Positions 24,896-37,181 of a stretch of 64,000 nucleotides of DNA are shown in pieces. The notes under the pieces were generated by a model. That model ran no database searches, was not told where the DNA came from, and saw only the letters and a program-made list of their open reading frames with translations. Every line of letters begins with the position of its first letter. Position 1 is the first letter of the stretch. The stretch is from Lama guanicoe. Taxonomy: Eukaryota. The DNA lies in assembly GCA_013239625.1 (NCBI GenBank), contig MU053557.1:1681063-1745062 (forward strand), in the 5' to 3' direction. Position numbers and translations under genes: made by a program.

Positions 24896-25424
24896 CAAAA
24901 ATGAGCTTTTGCAGAGCTGCGATGTCACAGCTGAAGAAGGAGGGGTAGAGAACTTTATAGTTCTGGTTGTTGTTCTACCTATGGACCAAGTGGTTCATTA
25001 CCACTAATGTGACAGATACACATATGGCGTGGATAACCTTCTTATCAGTTCAATGTCCCCTGTGGGAAGACTCAAAATCCCCCAGTGATGACTGTAGAAT
25101 GAAGTTGATAACTCTGTAGATACATTTTGCCCTGAGAAATGTTGACAGTTAAAGTGAATCAACTTTTGTGCCACTCAGAATCCTCCAAGCACCTTTAGAA
25201 ACATTTCTGAGAGTCAAAAGCTTTAATGCCTCCATCTCCAAGACATGTCTTGGAGCATACCCATAAGAGTTGATCTTCCACAAAGTAGAGAACATGGCTT
25301 TGCAAGACTATGTGCATATATCTTTATTAAAAAACTGAAGAATTTGAAGAATTGGAGGCATGTTCCTGAGCAACACTGCAGTTCTTGCCTTTAATGACAG
25401 AGCTAATGAGGACATGAAAAACAT

Positions 25425-26150
25425 TCATTCTCAAGCCCTTGGTAGAGTAACGTGACACATTTTTGGAGGACAATTTGGCAAGATCTATGAAAAAAATGTA
25501 ATGCATTCTCTATGATCCAACAAACCAGTGTCTAAGATTCTAATCTACAAAAATGTTTGCACAAACATAGAAAGACATACATAAAAAGATGTTCTTTAAA
25601 GTAATAAATTCTCATCAATAGAGAAACAGTTTTATAAATAGAGTATCTCAATTAAATAAAATGCCATGGGGCCAATAAGGAAATGAGAAAGATACATGCC
25701 TATTAACCTGAAAATATGCTGTTACATTACATGCAGAAGATTGCAAAACATGAAAAATACAACAGAAACAGACTCGCAGACTTAGTAAACAATCTTATGG
25801 TTACTGGGAAATGGAGCGCGAGGGGATAAATTTGGGAGTTTGAGATTTACAAATGTTAGCCACTATATATAAAAATAGCTTTTTAAAAAAGATCCAAAAA
25901 TACATAATATAGTCTCTTTTGTTTAAAAGATGTTATGTGTGTGCATATGTATGTGTACATATATTAAAATTTATATGTATATGATCTGCAAGTATGTTAC
26001 TTTTAATGGTAGTTACTTCTGGAAAATGCCACTGACATATGGCTTGAGGAACGGGGTGGGGGACAGGCAGCTTTTATCTATCATTTTATCATCTTTGGTA
26101 TTGTTTGAATTATTAATGATGAAGAGTTTTATCTTTTCTTATTAAAATTT
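25425..26150 (+). mobile_element. Old L1M 3' fragment with a younger L1 piece nested at about 25761-25890
   Basis: TTTTTGGAGGACAATTTGGCAAGATCTAT old L1M motif; nested AACAGAAACAGACTCGCAGAC...GGGAGTTTGAGATTTACAAATG. Confidence 0.65.
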
Positions 26151-28189
26151 TTTCCTAAAAACCGTAAATGATAAATAAAATCCACAGCAATGCATCTGAA
26201 AATCTTTCTTCTGGCATCCACTTCATTCCCTTCCCAGGACTCCTGCACTGTCCCTTTCCCCTCACACATTTAGGAAAACTCCTTTGGCTGGAGCAGGGGT
26301 GTCCTGCGTGAGTGCCTCTTGTCTTTCCCAACCTGTCCTCTTGCTTCTCCTTTTTTTCGTTTAATTCTTCCCCCTTTCCCAGTCTCATTACCAACAGCAA
26401 AGAACCAGACCATCAATGTGGAACATCTCTCAAAGAGAAGGGAAAGAGACAATATGGAATGTCTTCTCCTTGCTAAAACAAAACCAAAAACCCTCTTTAC
26501 TGAATGGAAGGAGAAGAAAGTCTGAGTACACAAATATACTAAGAAATGTCCTATCATACTTGTCTCTCTCTTGCCCTTTTTTTTCCTTTCTCTCTGTCTC
26601 TAAGCTTAAGTCACCATGACAACAGGAACTGTGGCTTCATTATTACCCACCACACACCCAGAACATAGTAGGTGCTCAAAAATGTTTGTTGAGTATATGT
26701 TTGAACCAGTCATACCCTCAAGAAGCTTATATCCGATTAGGGAGGCTCATAATTTCAGTAATTCTTTCTTAATATCACTGGTGCTGCTGACTCACTATTA
26801 CCCAAGAGGCAATAAACAGCTTCAAACAACCAGGCGCCAACAAGTAAGTGTTCGCCTCTGCAAAGCCCTGCATGCTAACACAGGCTGTCAGCCAGGAAAC
26901 CCAGCAGAGCTGTGCTTAGCAACCAGTCCCTTTGCTATCTATTTTGGTTAGCTATGTCAAAAGTTATTCTAACTTCCTTCAATCAATGGCTTCATGTCGT
27001 GAGAGAAAGACACCGCAAAGAGATGAGAAAACAGAATCAAAGATCTCTATGTTCAACACCTCTAAAGGCTGCTCCAAATGCCTCTTTTCTTTTCCGATGC
27101 AGCTGGGGCTGCACTGCACTCTTGTTTACAACCCATTTGGGAGGGATCTGTTAAGCAAGAGGAAGGTGTTCTTGACCTTCATCTCCCTGGAAGGAGAAAC
27201 ACAGAACAGCTGTCTGTTTACCATTCCGACCTCATTTCCATGACGTGGAACCACTCATTTGGGAAACATGAAAAATAGGATTGATTCACTTTTTTCCCCT
27301 AAGATGTTCTTGAAGACAGAAGACCCTTGATGAGCTGAAGGATGATTGAAATTGTATGACCACAAATGTTCATTAGGTAGAAACTAAAAGATGCTCATCC
27401 TCCAAGCTAGGAATAAAGTATGGTGCATAATTCGTGTAGTTTTGCCTTTTGGTGCCATCACTTCTGTATGGTATTTTGGCTCATAATTTACAAGGAGGAG
27501 CCCCTGAATGTAAATAGGTGTAAACTTCCCTCCCCCAAATAGCTAAGGCTAAGGTTGAGATCTTGACCAAGAACAGCACACTCATTTTTCCCTAGGCTGG
27601 GGCATCCCACCTTAGTTCCACTGAGTCCACACATGACTAAGCCAGACCACGTTACATTCCCAGGCACAGCCTCCAGAGAGGAGCTTTATTATTTTACATA
27701 CCCTGCAAAACACCAATGAAAATGGAAATAAACCCTGCTGTTTTCATTCAGTAAATTGTCTTCTGTCTCAAGTCAATCTGGATCTCAAAATTAAGAGAGT
27801 CCGATGCCAGTTTGAACCAGAAGGCATCACAGAAATCACTCAGCCCATACTCACCCCACTCTCCCACTTACAGAGGCGGAAAATTAGGCCTAAAGACAGG
27901 GAGGGAGTTACCCAAGGGCACAGTTGGCTGCTGAACTGAAAGAAAAACTAAAACAGAACCTTTGCGTGGTATTTCCTCCACGGCACATGGCCTCTTATTC
28001 TTGCCTTGAATTGAAACAGCGATCAACATAATGAGATAGCAATTCAAGCAATTTCTATCAATGCCTCCTATGGCCCCAGAACTGGGCTTCTATGAGAGAC
28101 ACACAAAAAAAGTCTTGGCCACTGCCCTCAAGGAGTTAACCTCAAAGACAAAAGTCATGCATCTCTGAGGGATGAATGCAGAGTGGCCT

Positions 28190-28418
28190 CTAATGAGCAC
28201 AGATTTTCTTTTGTAGGAAAAAAAAATATTCTGGAATTAGATTGTGGTGGTGGTTGCACAGCTTTGCGAATACACTAGAAACCACTGAATTGAATAGTTT
28301 TTTTTTAAATATGGAACGCTTCATGAATTTGCATGTCATCCTTGTGCAGTGAATTGAATACTTTAAAGGGATGAATTTTACAGTATAGAAATTGTGTTTC
28401 TTCTTTAAAAAAAGAAAG
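28190..28418 (+). mobile_element. L1MB-like 3' end, interrupted by a U6 retrocopy
   Basis: TATTCTGGAATTAGATTGTGGTGGTGGTTGCACAGCTTTGCGAATACACTAGAAACCACTGAATTG...ACTTTAAAGGGATGAATTTTA. Confidence 0.8.
28298..28349 (-). pseudogene. 5'-truncated processed U6 snRNA pseudogene (3' 43 nt of U6 plus A9)
   Basis: Minus strand CTGCACAAGGATGACATGCAAATTCATGAAGCGTTCCATATTT matches the recalled U6 3' end with 3 mismatches, all CpG transitions; TSD TGAATTGAATA at 28286-28296 and 28350-28360. Confidence 0.95.
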
Positions 28419-29137
28419 TCATGCAGTTCAAATAATAATAATAAACCAGAACCAAGAAGCAAAAGATGATTTGTACTAAATGGAAATCAGAGGCAGACCA
28501 GCAAGTGCCAACATTTCATGGAAAAGCCAGAACTTAAAGAAAGGTGACATTTCAGTGGGTGGGAATAACAGGAACAAAGTTGGGAATGGAGACAGGAATT
28601 ATGGAAATGTGAGAAAGATCAGTTATGTTCAAGGGTTGTTGCCACATTCTTTGTGGGAAAAGATACTATGAAAGAGAGTATACTGTGATTTTTAAAGCAT
28701 TCTTCAAGTTCTGTTAAAACTAATTCCAGAAGAGTGCTGAACAATAAGGCCACCATAGCTTTTTCCAGCAATTCAACCAACAAATCAATCTGAAAAAGAG
28801 AAATGGGGCAACAAATTTCAGCTCTGGATACCTGCACAGCCAGAAAGTAAATGGTTGTGCCAAAGCAAAACCCTTCACTCAGCTTTATGACCCATGAAAA
28901 AGAATTGTTGGAGATAGTCTTAAGTGCATGCTGAGTTTAGAGACACACAGCAAAAATCAAAGGTGGGAACTGGTGATTATACCATAATTTACACTATGTA
29001 AACATACAATTCTGGTATCTTAGATCAAAGTGGGAGTTTTTTGTAGACCAACGGCTAATTTCAACTAAGGAGAGGTGGTACAGAACTGACACCCACTGCT
29101 GCAGGTGTCATGGAACTGTCAAAGCGAAAAAGAGCAT

Positions 29138-29616
29138 TAATGGACACGTCTTGGTTGCCTATCCAGAATCCATTCCATCTTCCATTTTCACATGGGGAAC
29201 ATCCCTTCCCTACTCTAGGTTCACGTGGTTCAGACTGACTCCAGGGTAGGCACGTGATCCGGGCTTGGCCACAGTGCAGCCACGGGCACATGGCCCAAGT
29301 CAGCATGCCATCATGGAACTTTTGATAACACAGTTTAGAGAAGAAATGTCCTTCTGCACAAGGATTTCTAGCTCCACAAATGATGCTAGCCTGGCGCTGC
29401 TGGGAACCATCCATAGAAAGGAATTCTTGGTGGGTGAAGCCAATACAGTGCCAAGAGATGAAGAATCAGATCCTGGTGACCTACTGAGGTCCTAGATCCA
29501 AGAATACCTGAAGCCACTACTCTCACATTGTCCAGATAAATAAACAAATACCTTTCTGCTTAAATCATTTTGGACTAGGTTTCTATAACCTTCAATAAAA
29601 AGTCATGATAAATGCA
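29138..29616 (+). mobile_element. ERVL solo LTR (LTR16-like)
   Basis: GGTTGCCTATCCAGAATCCATTCC start, CCTAGATCCAAGAATACCTGAAGCC, and TGCTTAAATCATTTTGGACTAGGTTTCT...AATGCA end. Confidence 0.7.
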
Positions 29617-29619
29617 GCA

Positions 29620-29770
29620 TCCAATCCCATCTTCCAATTTTCCAGATAACGAATTGAGATCCAAAGTGGCCTAAGAACTTGCTCAAGGATGCTTGGTAAT
29701 CAGTAACAGAATCAAGCCACAAACGCAGATACCTTGAATCTTAGTCCAATGACTTTTCCCTAGTTTGTCA
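29620..29770 (-). mobile_element. MIR/MIR3 fragment
   Basis: CCAATTTTCCAGATAACGAATTGAGATCCAAAG...ACTTGCTCAAGG. Confidence 0.55.
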
Positions 29771-29889
29771 CTGAAGATTCATTCTGGAAAAATTAGACAT
29801 TTAAGGTTGAGATGTCACCCATAAGCAAAGGTTGTTTGATAGAAGCACTGGTTTACAAAAAATTACACATTTGCTCTCAGAGCATCAAA

Positions 29890-30415
29890 AACCTTCAGGC
29901 ATCAACAAACATCCAATGGCTCTCCATTTTATTAGCATGAAATTCAAATTCTTTTCTATAGTCTTCACACACCTGACTGATCAAACCCCTGGCACTCTTA
30001 CAACCTCATCTCAGTGTTCTCCGCTGTCACTATGCCACAGCCACCATCCCTTTCTTTCGGGCCCTTGAACGTCCCTGACCCTTGTCCCACTCCAACCTTT
30101 GCAGGTACTCTTCTCTCTGGCTTAGATACTTGTCCTGTACTCTTTGCACAACGGCTGCCTTCTCACCTTCAGATCACAGCTTCAGTGTCGCTCCACACCT
30201 TCCAACAAAGCAGATCCCTCTCCCAATAATTCTTTGACTTAAAACTCTATTTTAAATTTTTATCTCTATTATATTATTATTTTATTCACTTTTTATATAT
30301 TTACTGTCTGTCTCCCTCCCGCATTGCATGTGAGTGGAGATGCATCTCTGCATATCACGGTTAAACTCTGGTGCCCAGTACTTAGAATGTGTTGGATAAA
30401 TATTCAAACTGAAGG
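29890..30415 (+). mobile_element. L2 LINE fragment
   Basis: CAATGGCTCTCCATTTTATTAGCATGAAATTCAAA...TTTACTGTCTGTCTCCCTCC...ATAAATATTC. Confidence 0.65.
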
Positions 30416-30994
30416 AAGCAAAAAAATATTTTAAGTTCTCCTTTCCTAATCTGAGCTCACAGCTCCTTTCCAAACATGCCTTCATCTTTTTTATTTCCAT
30501 AACCTGAAAGCTTCCTGGCGCTTACATTACCTCTTAGAAAATCATTACAAGAGCATGTTTGCCATTAAGACAGCAGTGATTTCCCAAAGCCATTTCTGAA
30601 ATCTAAATCGGCTGGCAGCTCAGTTTCACCCAAACCTGTGTCTAGTAAGGGAAAGCAAGTGGCTCAGTGCTCCATGGGCCAGTGGCGATAAGGCCTACCT
30701 GACTGAATAGCCCTTCCCGGTGATTTGCCCTTTATTGTTTTGACATGGAACCATTTTATTAATTCCGACATTGGCACTGCTTGCTGCATCAGACCAAGTA
30801 ACTTTGCTGCCAGCTTAAATAGCTAAATATTGTATTTTAGCCCAATTCAATTGTAAATCTCAAAAGCTAAGCCTTCAGAAAAGGTGTACTTAAACCTCTC
30901 ATGTATTGCAGACAATTGCTAAATCAGTAACGCGGGTATCTATGGTCATTGCTGTTCTGCTGGCAGATATATCAACTCTTTAGCTCATCCAGAC

Positions 30995-31505
30995 CTTGTT
31001 AGAACCTTTCTCATCGTAAGAGACAAAAATAAATGGTTCAAGCAAAAATAGAAATTTACTGGGTCACTTAACTAAAAAAATCCAGGAGTTTAAAAAAAAA
31101 CCAAAAACCCAGGAGTATATCTGTCCCTGGACTCAGGATTTCAGATGATGTCATTCTCAACCCTGTACATTCAGATGCTTCATTTGTAGGCTTTTCATGG
31201 TAGCAAGAGGGCTGACAGTAATTCCTATATGCTAAGTCTAACAACATGTTTCTAAGAGTTTCATTGGCTCTTACTAGGTCATATATCCAACCTTGAAACA
31301 ATCACCGTGTCCAGGGAAATATAATGCTCTGAAAGCCCAGACACGATCACATGGCCACCCTAGATTTCTGGAGCAGAGTTAACTCTACTTAAAGCTTAGC
31401 TCAAAGTAAAAGGGACAGATTATTCCTCTGGGGGAATCAGGATGCTGTTATAAGAAGAAAAGTAAATGGAAGCCAGGCAGCAAAAGCAACAGACTTCTGC
31501 TATAT
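30995..31505 (-). mobile_element. Old MaLR LTR (MLT1J/K/L-like)
   Basis: TTCAAGCAAAAATAGAAATTTACTGGGTCACTTAACT...TCATTGGCTCTTACTAGGTCATATATCCAACCTTGAAACAATCAC...GGATGCTGTTATAAGAAGAA. Confidence 0.65.
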
Positions 31506-31811
31506 ACCTCAAGTCACCGGGCTTTCAAAATATTCTGGCAATAGTGAGACCAACTGCAAAATAACCCCAATAACCCCACCAAGCCTGGACCAAACAAAGA
31601 AAATGAAGAAGCAAGAGACTATAGGATGGAGAAGACTGCATAACTGACATACTCTCAATGCTCAACAAACTACAAAATATTTGTACATACATCACTTCTT
31701 TCTTGCCACATAAGCTACACACCCACTTTTCTAACTCTGTCAGAAGAAACAACTAATACTGGGCTTAGACTGAGACACAAAGTGATTGTCCTCACATCAC
31801 TTTGCCATTCT

Positions 31812-34800
31812 ATTCATCTGGGAAGCAATACATAGAGCATGAAAATGAAAAGAGATGACTATAGTGAGAAGTTGAACAAAGTTTAAAAAAATATAAAGAA
31901 GAACTAGGCAGAGATAAATAATACAATAACTGGGACTTAAAAAAACACACACTAGAAAGAAACAACAGTAGGTTAGATGATACAGAGGAAAGGATCAACA
32001 GTGGAAATAACCCAAGCTGAACAGAAAAAGGAAAAAAATTAATGACGACTGTATTATGAGACCTCTGGAACAACATAAAATGTACTAATATTTGCATTCT
32101 AGTTCCCAGAAGGAGAAGAGAGAGAGAAAGGGGTACAGAACTTATTTGAAGGAGTAAAAGCTGAAAAATTCCCTAATCTAGGAAAGAAAACAGACACTCA
32201 GATCCAAGATGCACGAAGAGTCCAAGTAAAATGAAACTAAAAATGTCCACATCAAGGAGCATTATAATTAAAATGGTAAAAATTGAAACCAAAAAGAGAA
32301 TCTTAAAAGCAGCAAGGGAAAAGTAACATCTTATGCACAAGAGAACTCCCACAAGACCATCACCTGTCTTTTCAGCAGAAATTTTCCAAGCCAGGAAGGA
32401 GTGGCAGGATATATTCAAAGTAATAAAAGGAAAATACTTACAATAAAGAATAATCTGCCTGGCAGGTCTATCATTCAGATCTGAAGGAAAGATAAAGTGA
32501 TTTAGAAATTAGGAAAAGCTAAGAGTTGAGCACTACTAAACTGGCTTTACAAGAAATGTTAAATAGACTTCTCAAAGCAGGAAAGACCACAACTAAAAAT
32601 GTGAAAATTATGGAAGGAAATCTACACTGGTAAAGGCAAACATATAGTAAAGGTAGTCAATCACTCACTTACAAAACTAGCAGGAAGGTTAAAAGACATA
32701 AGGAGTAAAATTATATATATCCACATAGGTAGTTAAGGAATATGGAAAACAAAAATATATAAAATATGGTGTCAAAAACATTAAATATGGGGGGAAGTAA
32801 GAAATGCAGCATTGTTAGGTTGTGTTTAAACTTAAGAGCCCATCAACTTAAAATATAGGTTAAATATAAGCTTCATGGTAACCACAGACTGAAAATCTAT
32901 AATGGATACAAAGAGAGAGAGCAATCCAAGCATAACACTGAAGATAGTCATAAAATCACAAGGGAGGAGAGCACAAGAAGGAAAAAAACTATAAAAACTA
33001 TCAGAAAACAATTAACAAAATGGTAATAAGTACATACCTATCAATAATCATTTTAAATATAAATGGACTAACTGCTCCAATCAAAAGACATAGAGTGGCT
33101 GAATGGATACAAATATAAAACTCATATATATGCTGCCTGCAAGAGGCTCATTTCAAATCTCAAAGTACAGGGATGTCAAAAGTTACTCCATGCAAATAGA
33201 AATGAAAACTAGGGTAGCAATACTTACATCAGACAAAATAGACTTTAAAACAAAGACTGTTACAAGAGACAAAGAAGACATTACATAATGATAAAGAAAT
33301 CAGCCCAACGAGATCTAACACTTCCAAATGTCTATGCACCCAACCTAGGAGCACCTAAATACATAAAGCAAATATTAACAGACATAAAGGGAGAAACTTA
33401 CAACAACATAATAATAGTATGGGACTTTAACACCCCATTTACATCAATAGGCAGACCATCCAGACAGAAATCAATAAGGAAATTCTGCCCTTAAATGACA
33501 CATTAGACTGGATGGATTAAATAGATAAAGAGAGAGCTGTCTAAAAGCAGCAGAATACACATTCTTTTCAGGTGCATATGGAATATTCTTCCAGAATAAA
33601 TTTTAAAAGATTGAAATATTATCAAGCATCCTTTCTGACCACAATGATGTGAGACTAGAAATCAACTACAAGAAAAACACGATGTAAAACACGGACATTT
33701 AGAGGCTATACAATATACTACTAAAAAACCAATGGGTCATTGAAGGAATCAAAGAGGAAATCAAAAAATAACTGGAGACAAATGAAAATGAAGCAAAACT
33801 TTCCACAATCTGTGGCACATGGCAAAAGCAGTTCTAAAAGACAAGTTAATAGCGATACAAGTCTACCTCAAGAAACAAACAAAAATCTCAAATAAACAAT
33901 TCAATCTTACACTTAAAAGAACTAGAAAAAGTAGAACAAGCAAAACCTAAAATTAGTAGAAGGGAAAAAATAATAAAGATCAGAGTAGAAATAAGTGAAG
34001 TAAAGGCTCAAAAAAATAGAAAAGATCAATAAAACTAAGAGCTGCTTCTTTGAAATGGTAAACAAAATTCATAAATCTTTAGCCTGACTCATCAAGAAAA
34101 AAAAAAGGAGAGGGCCCAAATCAATAAAATCAGAAACGAAAGAGATGTTACAACTGACATCACAGAAATATACAGGATTATAAGATGTTACAATGAACAA
34201 TTCCTCACCAATAAAATAGACACCCAGAAGAAATGGGTAAATTCCTAGAAACATAAAACTTTCCAAGATTGAATAAAGAAGAAACAGAAAATATGAACAG
34301 AACAATTATCACTAATGAAATTTAATCAGTAATTTAAAAACTCCCAACAAAAGTCCAGGTGAGTTATATCAAATGTTTAAGGAAGAGTTAATACTTATAT
34401 TTCTCAAACTATTCCTAAAAAGTTGGAGAAAAAAGAAAGCTTCCAAATTCTTAATATATCACCCTCATACTGAAACCAAAGACATCACATTAAAAAAAGG
34501 ACAAGAAAATCACTGGCCAATAGCACTGATGAACATAGATGCAAAGATTATCAACAAAATATCAGTAAAACAAATTCAACAATACATTAAAAGGATCATA
34601 TAACCATAATCAAGTAGGATTTATCCTGGGAATGCAAGGATGTTTCAATATCCACAAATCAATCAATGTGATAGACCATATTACCAAACGGAAGATAAAA
34701 ATCATATGATCATCTCAATAGATGCAGAACAATCTTTTGACAAAAAATTCAAATGAATTTATGATTAGAAACTGTTAACAAAATGGGTACAGAGTGAATA

Positions 34801-37008
34801 CACCTCAACATAATAAAGGCCATATACCAGAAGCCCACAGCTAACATCACACTCAACAGTGAAAAGCTGAAAGCATTCCTTCTAAGATCAGGAACAAGAC
34901 AAGGATGCCCACTCTCACCACTTTTATTCAATGTAACATTGGAAATTCTAGCCACAACAATCAGACAAGAAATAAAGGAAATCCAAATTGGAAAAGAAGT
35001 AAAACAGGCACTGTTTGAAAATAAGATGAGACTACATATAGAAAATCCTAAAGACCCCACCAAAAAAAATTATTAGAACTAATAAATGAATTCAATACAG
35101 TTGTTGGACACAAAATTAATATACAGAAATTTGTTGCATCTCTAATTACTAACTACAAACTATCAAAAAGAGAAATTAAGAAAAGAATCCCATTTACAAC
35201 TGGATCAAAAAGAATAAAATAGCTAGAGGTAAATCTAATACCTAGGGAGGTAAAACACTTGTACTTGGAAAACTGTAAGACAGTGATGAAAGAAACTGAA
35301 GATTACACAAACAAATGAAAAGATATACCACGCTCATGGATTGGAAAAATTAATCTTGTTCAGATGCCCATAATACCTAAAGTAATTTACAGATTCAAGG
35401 CAATCCCTATCAAAATACCAGTGGCATTTTTCACAGAAATTGAACAAATAATTCTAAAATGTGTATGGAAACACAATAGCTGAAACAATCTTGCAAAAGA
35501 AGAACAAAGCTGGAGGTATCACGTTCCCCAATTTCATACAACACTATAATGTTACAGTAATCCGAATAGTATGGTACTGGCACAAAAACAGACACATAAG
35601 TCAGTGTTAACAGAATAGAGAGCCCAGAAATAAACCCACACATATATGGTCATTCTATGACAAAAGAGACTAGAATGTACAATGGGGAAGAGATAGCTTC
35701 TTCAATAAATGTTGTTGGGAAAACTGGACAGCTACATGCAAAAGAATGAAATTGAGATGCCTTCTCATACTACATACAAAAATTAACTCAAAATGGATTA
35801 AAGACTTAAATGTAAGAACTGAAACCATAAAGCTCATAGAATTCAACATAGGAAGTATGCTTTCTGGTAACAGTCATTTTTTTTTTGACATATCTCCTCA
35901 GGCAAGGAAACAAAAGCAAAATAAACAAATAGGACTGCATCAAACTTAAAAGCTTTTGCGTATTAAAGGAAACTATCAACAAAATGAAGATATATACAAA
36001 TGAGACATCAAAAAAGGGGTTAATATCCAAACTATACAAAGAACTCAATGTCAGAGAAAACAACCAACCCAGTTAAAAAGTGGGCAGGGGATCTGGATAG
36101 ACGTTTTTCCAAGGAAGACGTACAAATCGCTAACAGACAAAATATACTCAACATTACTAATATCAGGGAAATGCAAATCAAAATTACACTGAGATATCAC
36201 CTCACACTTGTCAGAATGACTGTCATCAAAAAGACAAGTGTTGGTGAGGATGTGGAGAAAAAAGAACCCTCGTGACACTCTTGGTAGGAATGTCAGTAAG
36301 TACAGCCACTATGGAAAACAGTATGCAGTTTCCTCAAAAAATTAAAAATAGAATTACCATACTATCCAGCAATTCCACTTCTAGGTATTTACCCACAGAA
36401 AATAAAACCACTAATTCAAAAATATATATACACCCCTATATGTTCATTGCAGCATTATTTACAATAGCCAAGATATTGAAGCAACCTAAGTGTCCATGGA
36501 CAGATGACTGGATAAAGATGTAATATATACAAATAATGGATAATTACTGAGCCACTAAAAAAAAATAAAAGAAATCTTGCCATTTGTGAAAACATAGATG
36601 CACCTAGAGGATATTATACTAAGTGAAGTAAGTCAGAGAAAGACAAATAACGTATGATTTCACTCATTTGTGGACTATAAAGAACTAAACAAATGAACAC
36701 ACAACAAAACAGGAACAGACTCATAGGTACATAGAACTAGTGGTTGCCAGCAAGGAGAGGAATGCAAGGATGAGTGAAATGGTGTGGGAGATTAAGAGGA
36801 TACAAACTTCCAGTTACAAAACAAGTAAGTCAAAGGGATATAAAGTACAGCATAGAGAATAGTCAGTAACACTGTAATTACGTTGTAGGGTAACAGACGG
36901 TAACTAGACTTACCGTGATCACTTTGCCATGTATAAAAATACTGAATCACTTCATCGTACATCTGAAACTAATATTGTAAGTCAATTATACATCAATTTT
37001 TTTTAAAA
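31812..37008 (+). mobile_element. Decayed 5'-truncated LINE-1 (~5.2 kb) with ORF1 remnant, long inter-ORF spacer, ORF2 remnant and 3' UTR
   Basis: ORF1-like DNA about 31850-32595; ORF2 ATG at 33020; ORF-track fragments VAILTSDKIDFKTK, NVYAPN, WDFNTP (endonuclease), PIALMNIDAKI (RT), HTKINSWIKDLNVR-like, RYHLTLVRM and MFIAALFTIAK; many stops and frameshifts; ends ATTGTAAGTCAATTATACATCAATT. Confidence 0.95.
33020..36650 (+). pseudogene. Disrupted L1 ORF2 (endonuclease/reverse transcriptase) remnant
   Basis: Collinear L1 ORF2p motifs spread over several frames in ORFs 33103, 33288, 34373, 35746, 36048 and 36272. Confidence 0.9.
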
Positions 37009-37103
37009 GATGAGGGGGATTAAAAAAATCAGCTTTATGACCAATAAACCTGATAGGGGAGAAACTGCTAAGTTTGCAAGACATTTGGACTCCCTGATTT
37101 AGG

Positions 37104-37181
37104 CAGACTTGCCCACTCACAGCTACTGCTAATTCTAAGCATCAGACTTGCCCACTCACAGCTACTGCTAATTCTAAGCAT
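37104..37181. repeat. Perfect 39-bp tandem duplication
   Basis: CAGACTTGCCCACTCACAGCTACTGCTAATTCTAAGCAT at 37104-37142 and 37143-37181. Confidence 0.97.

Noticed and set aside
25085..25135. C/D box snoRNA-like pair (GTGATGA...CTGA); similar pairs near 42140 and 62475
   Set aside because: The boxes are too close together, and there is no terminal stem or recognisable rRNA-complementary guide.
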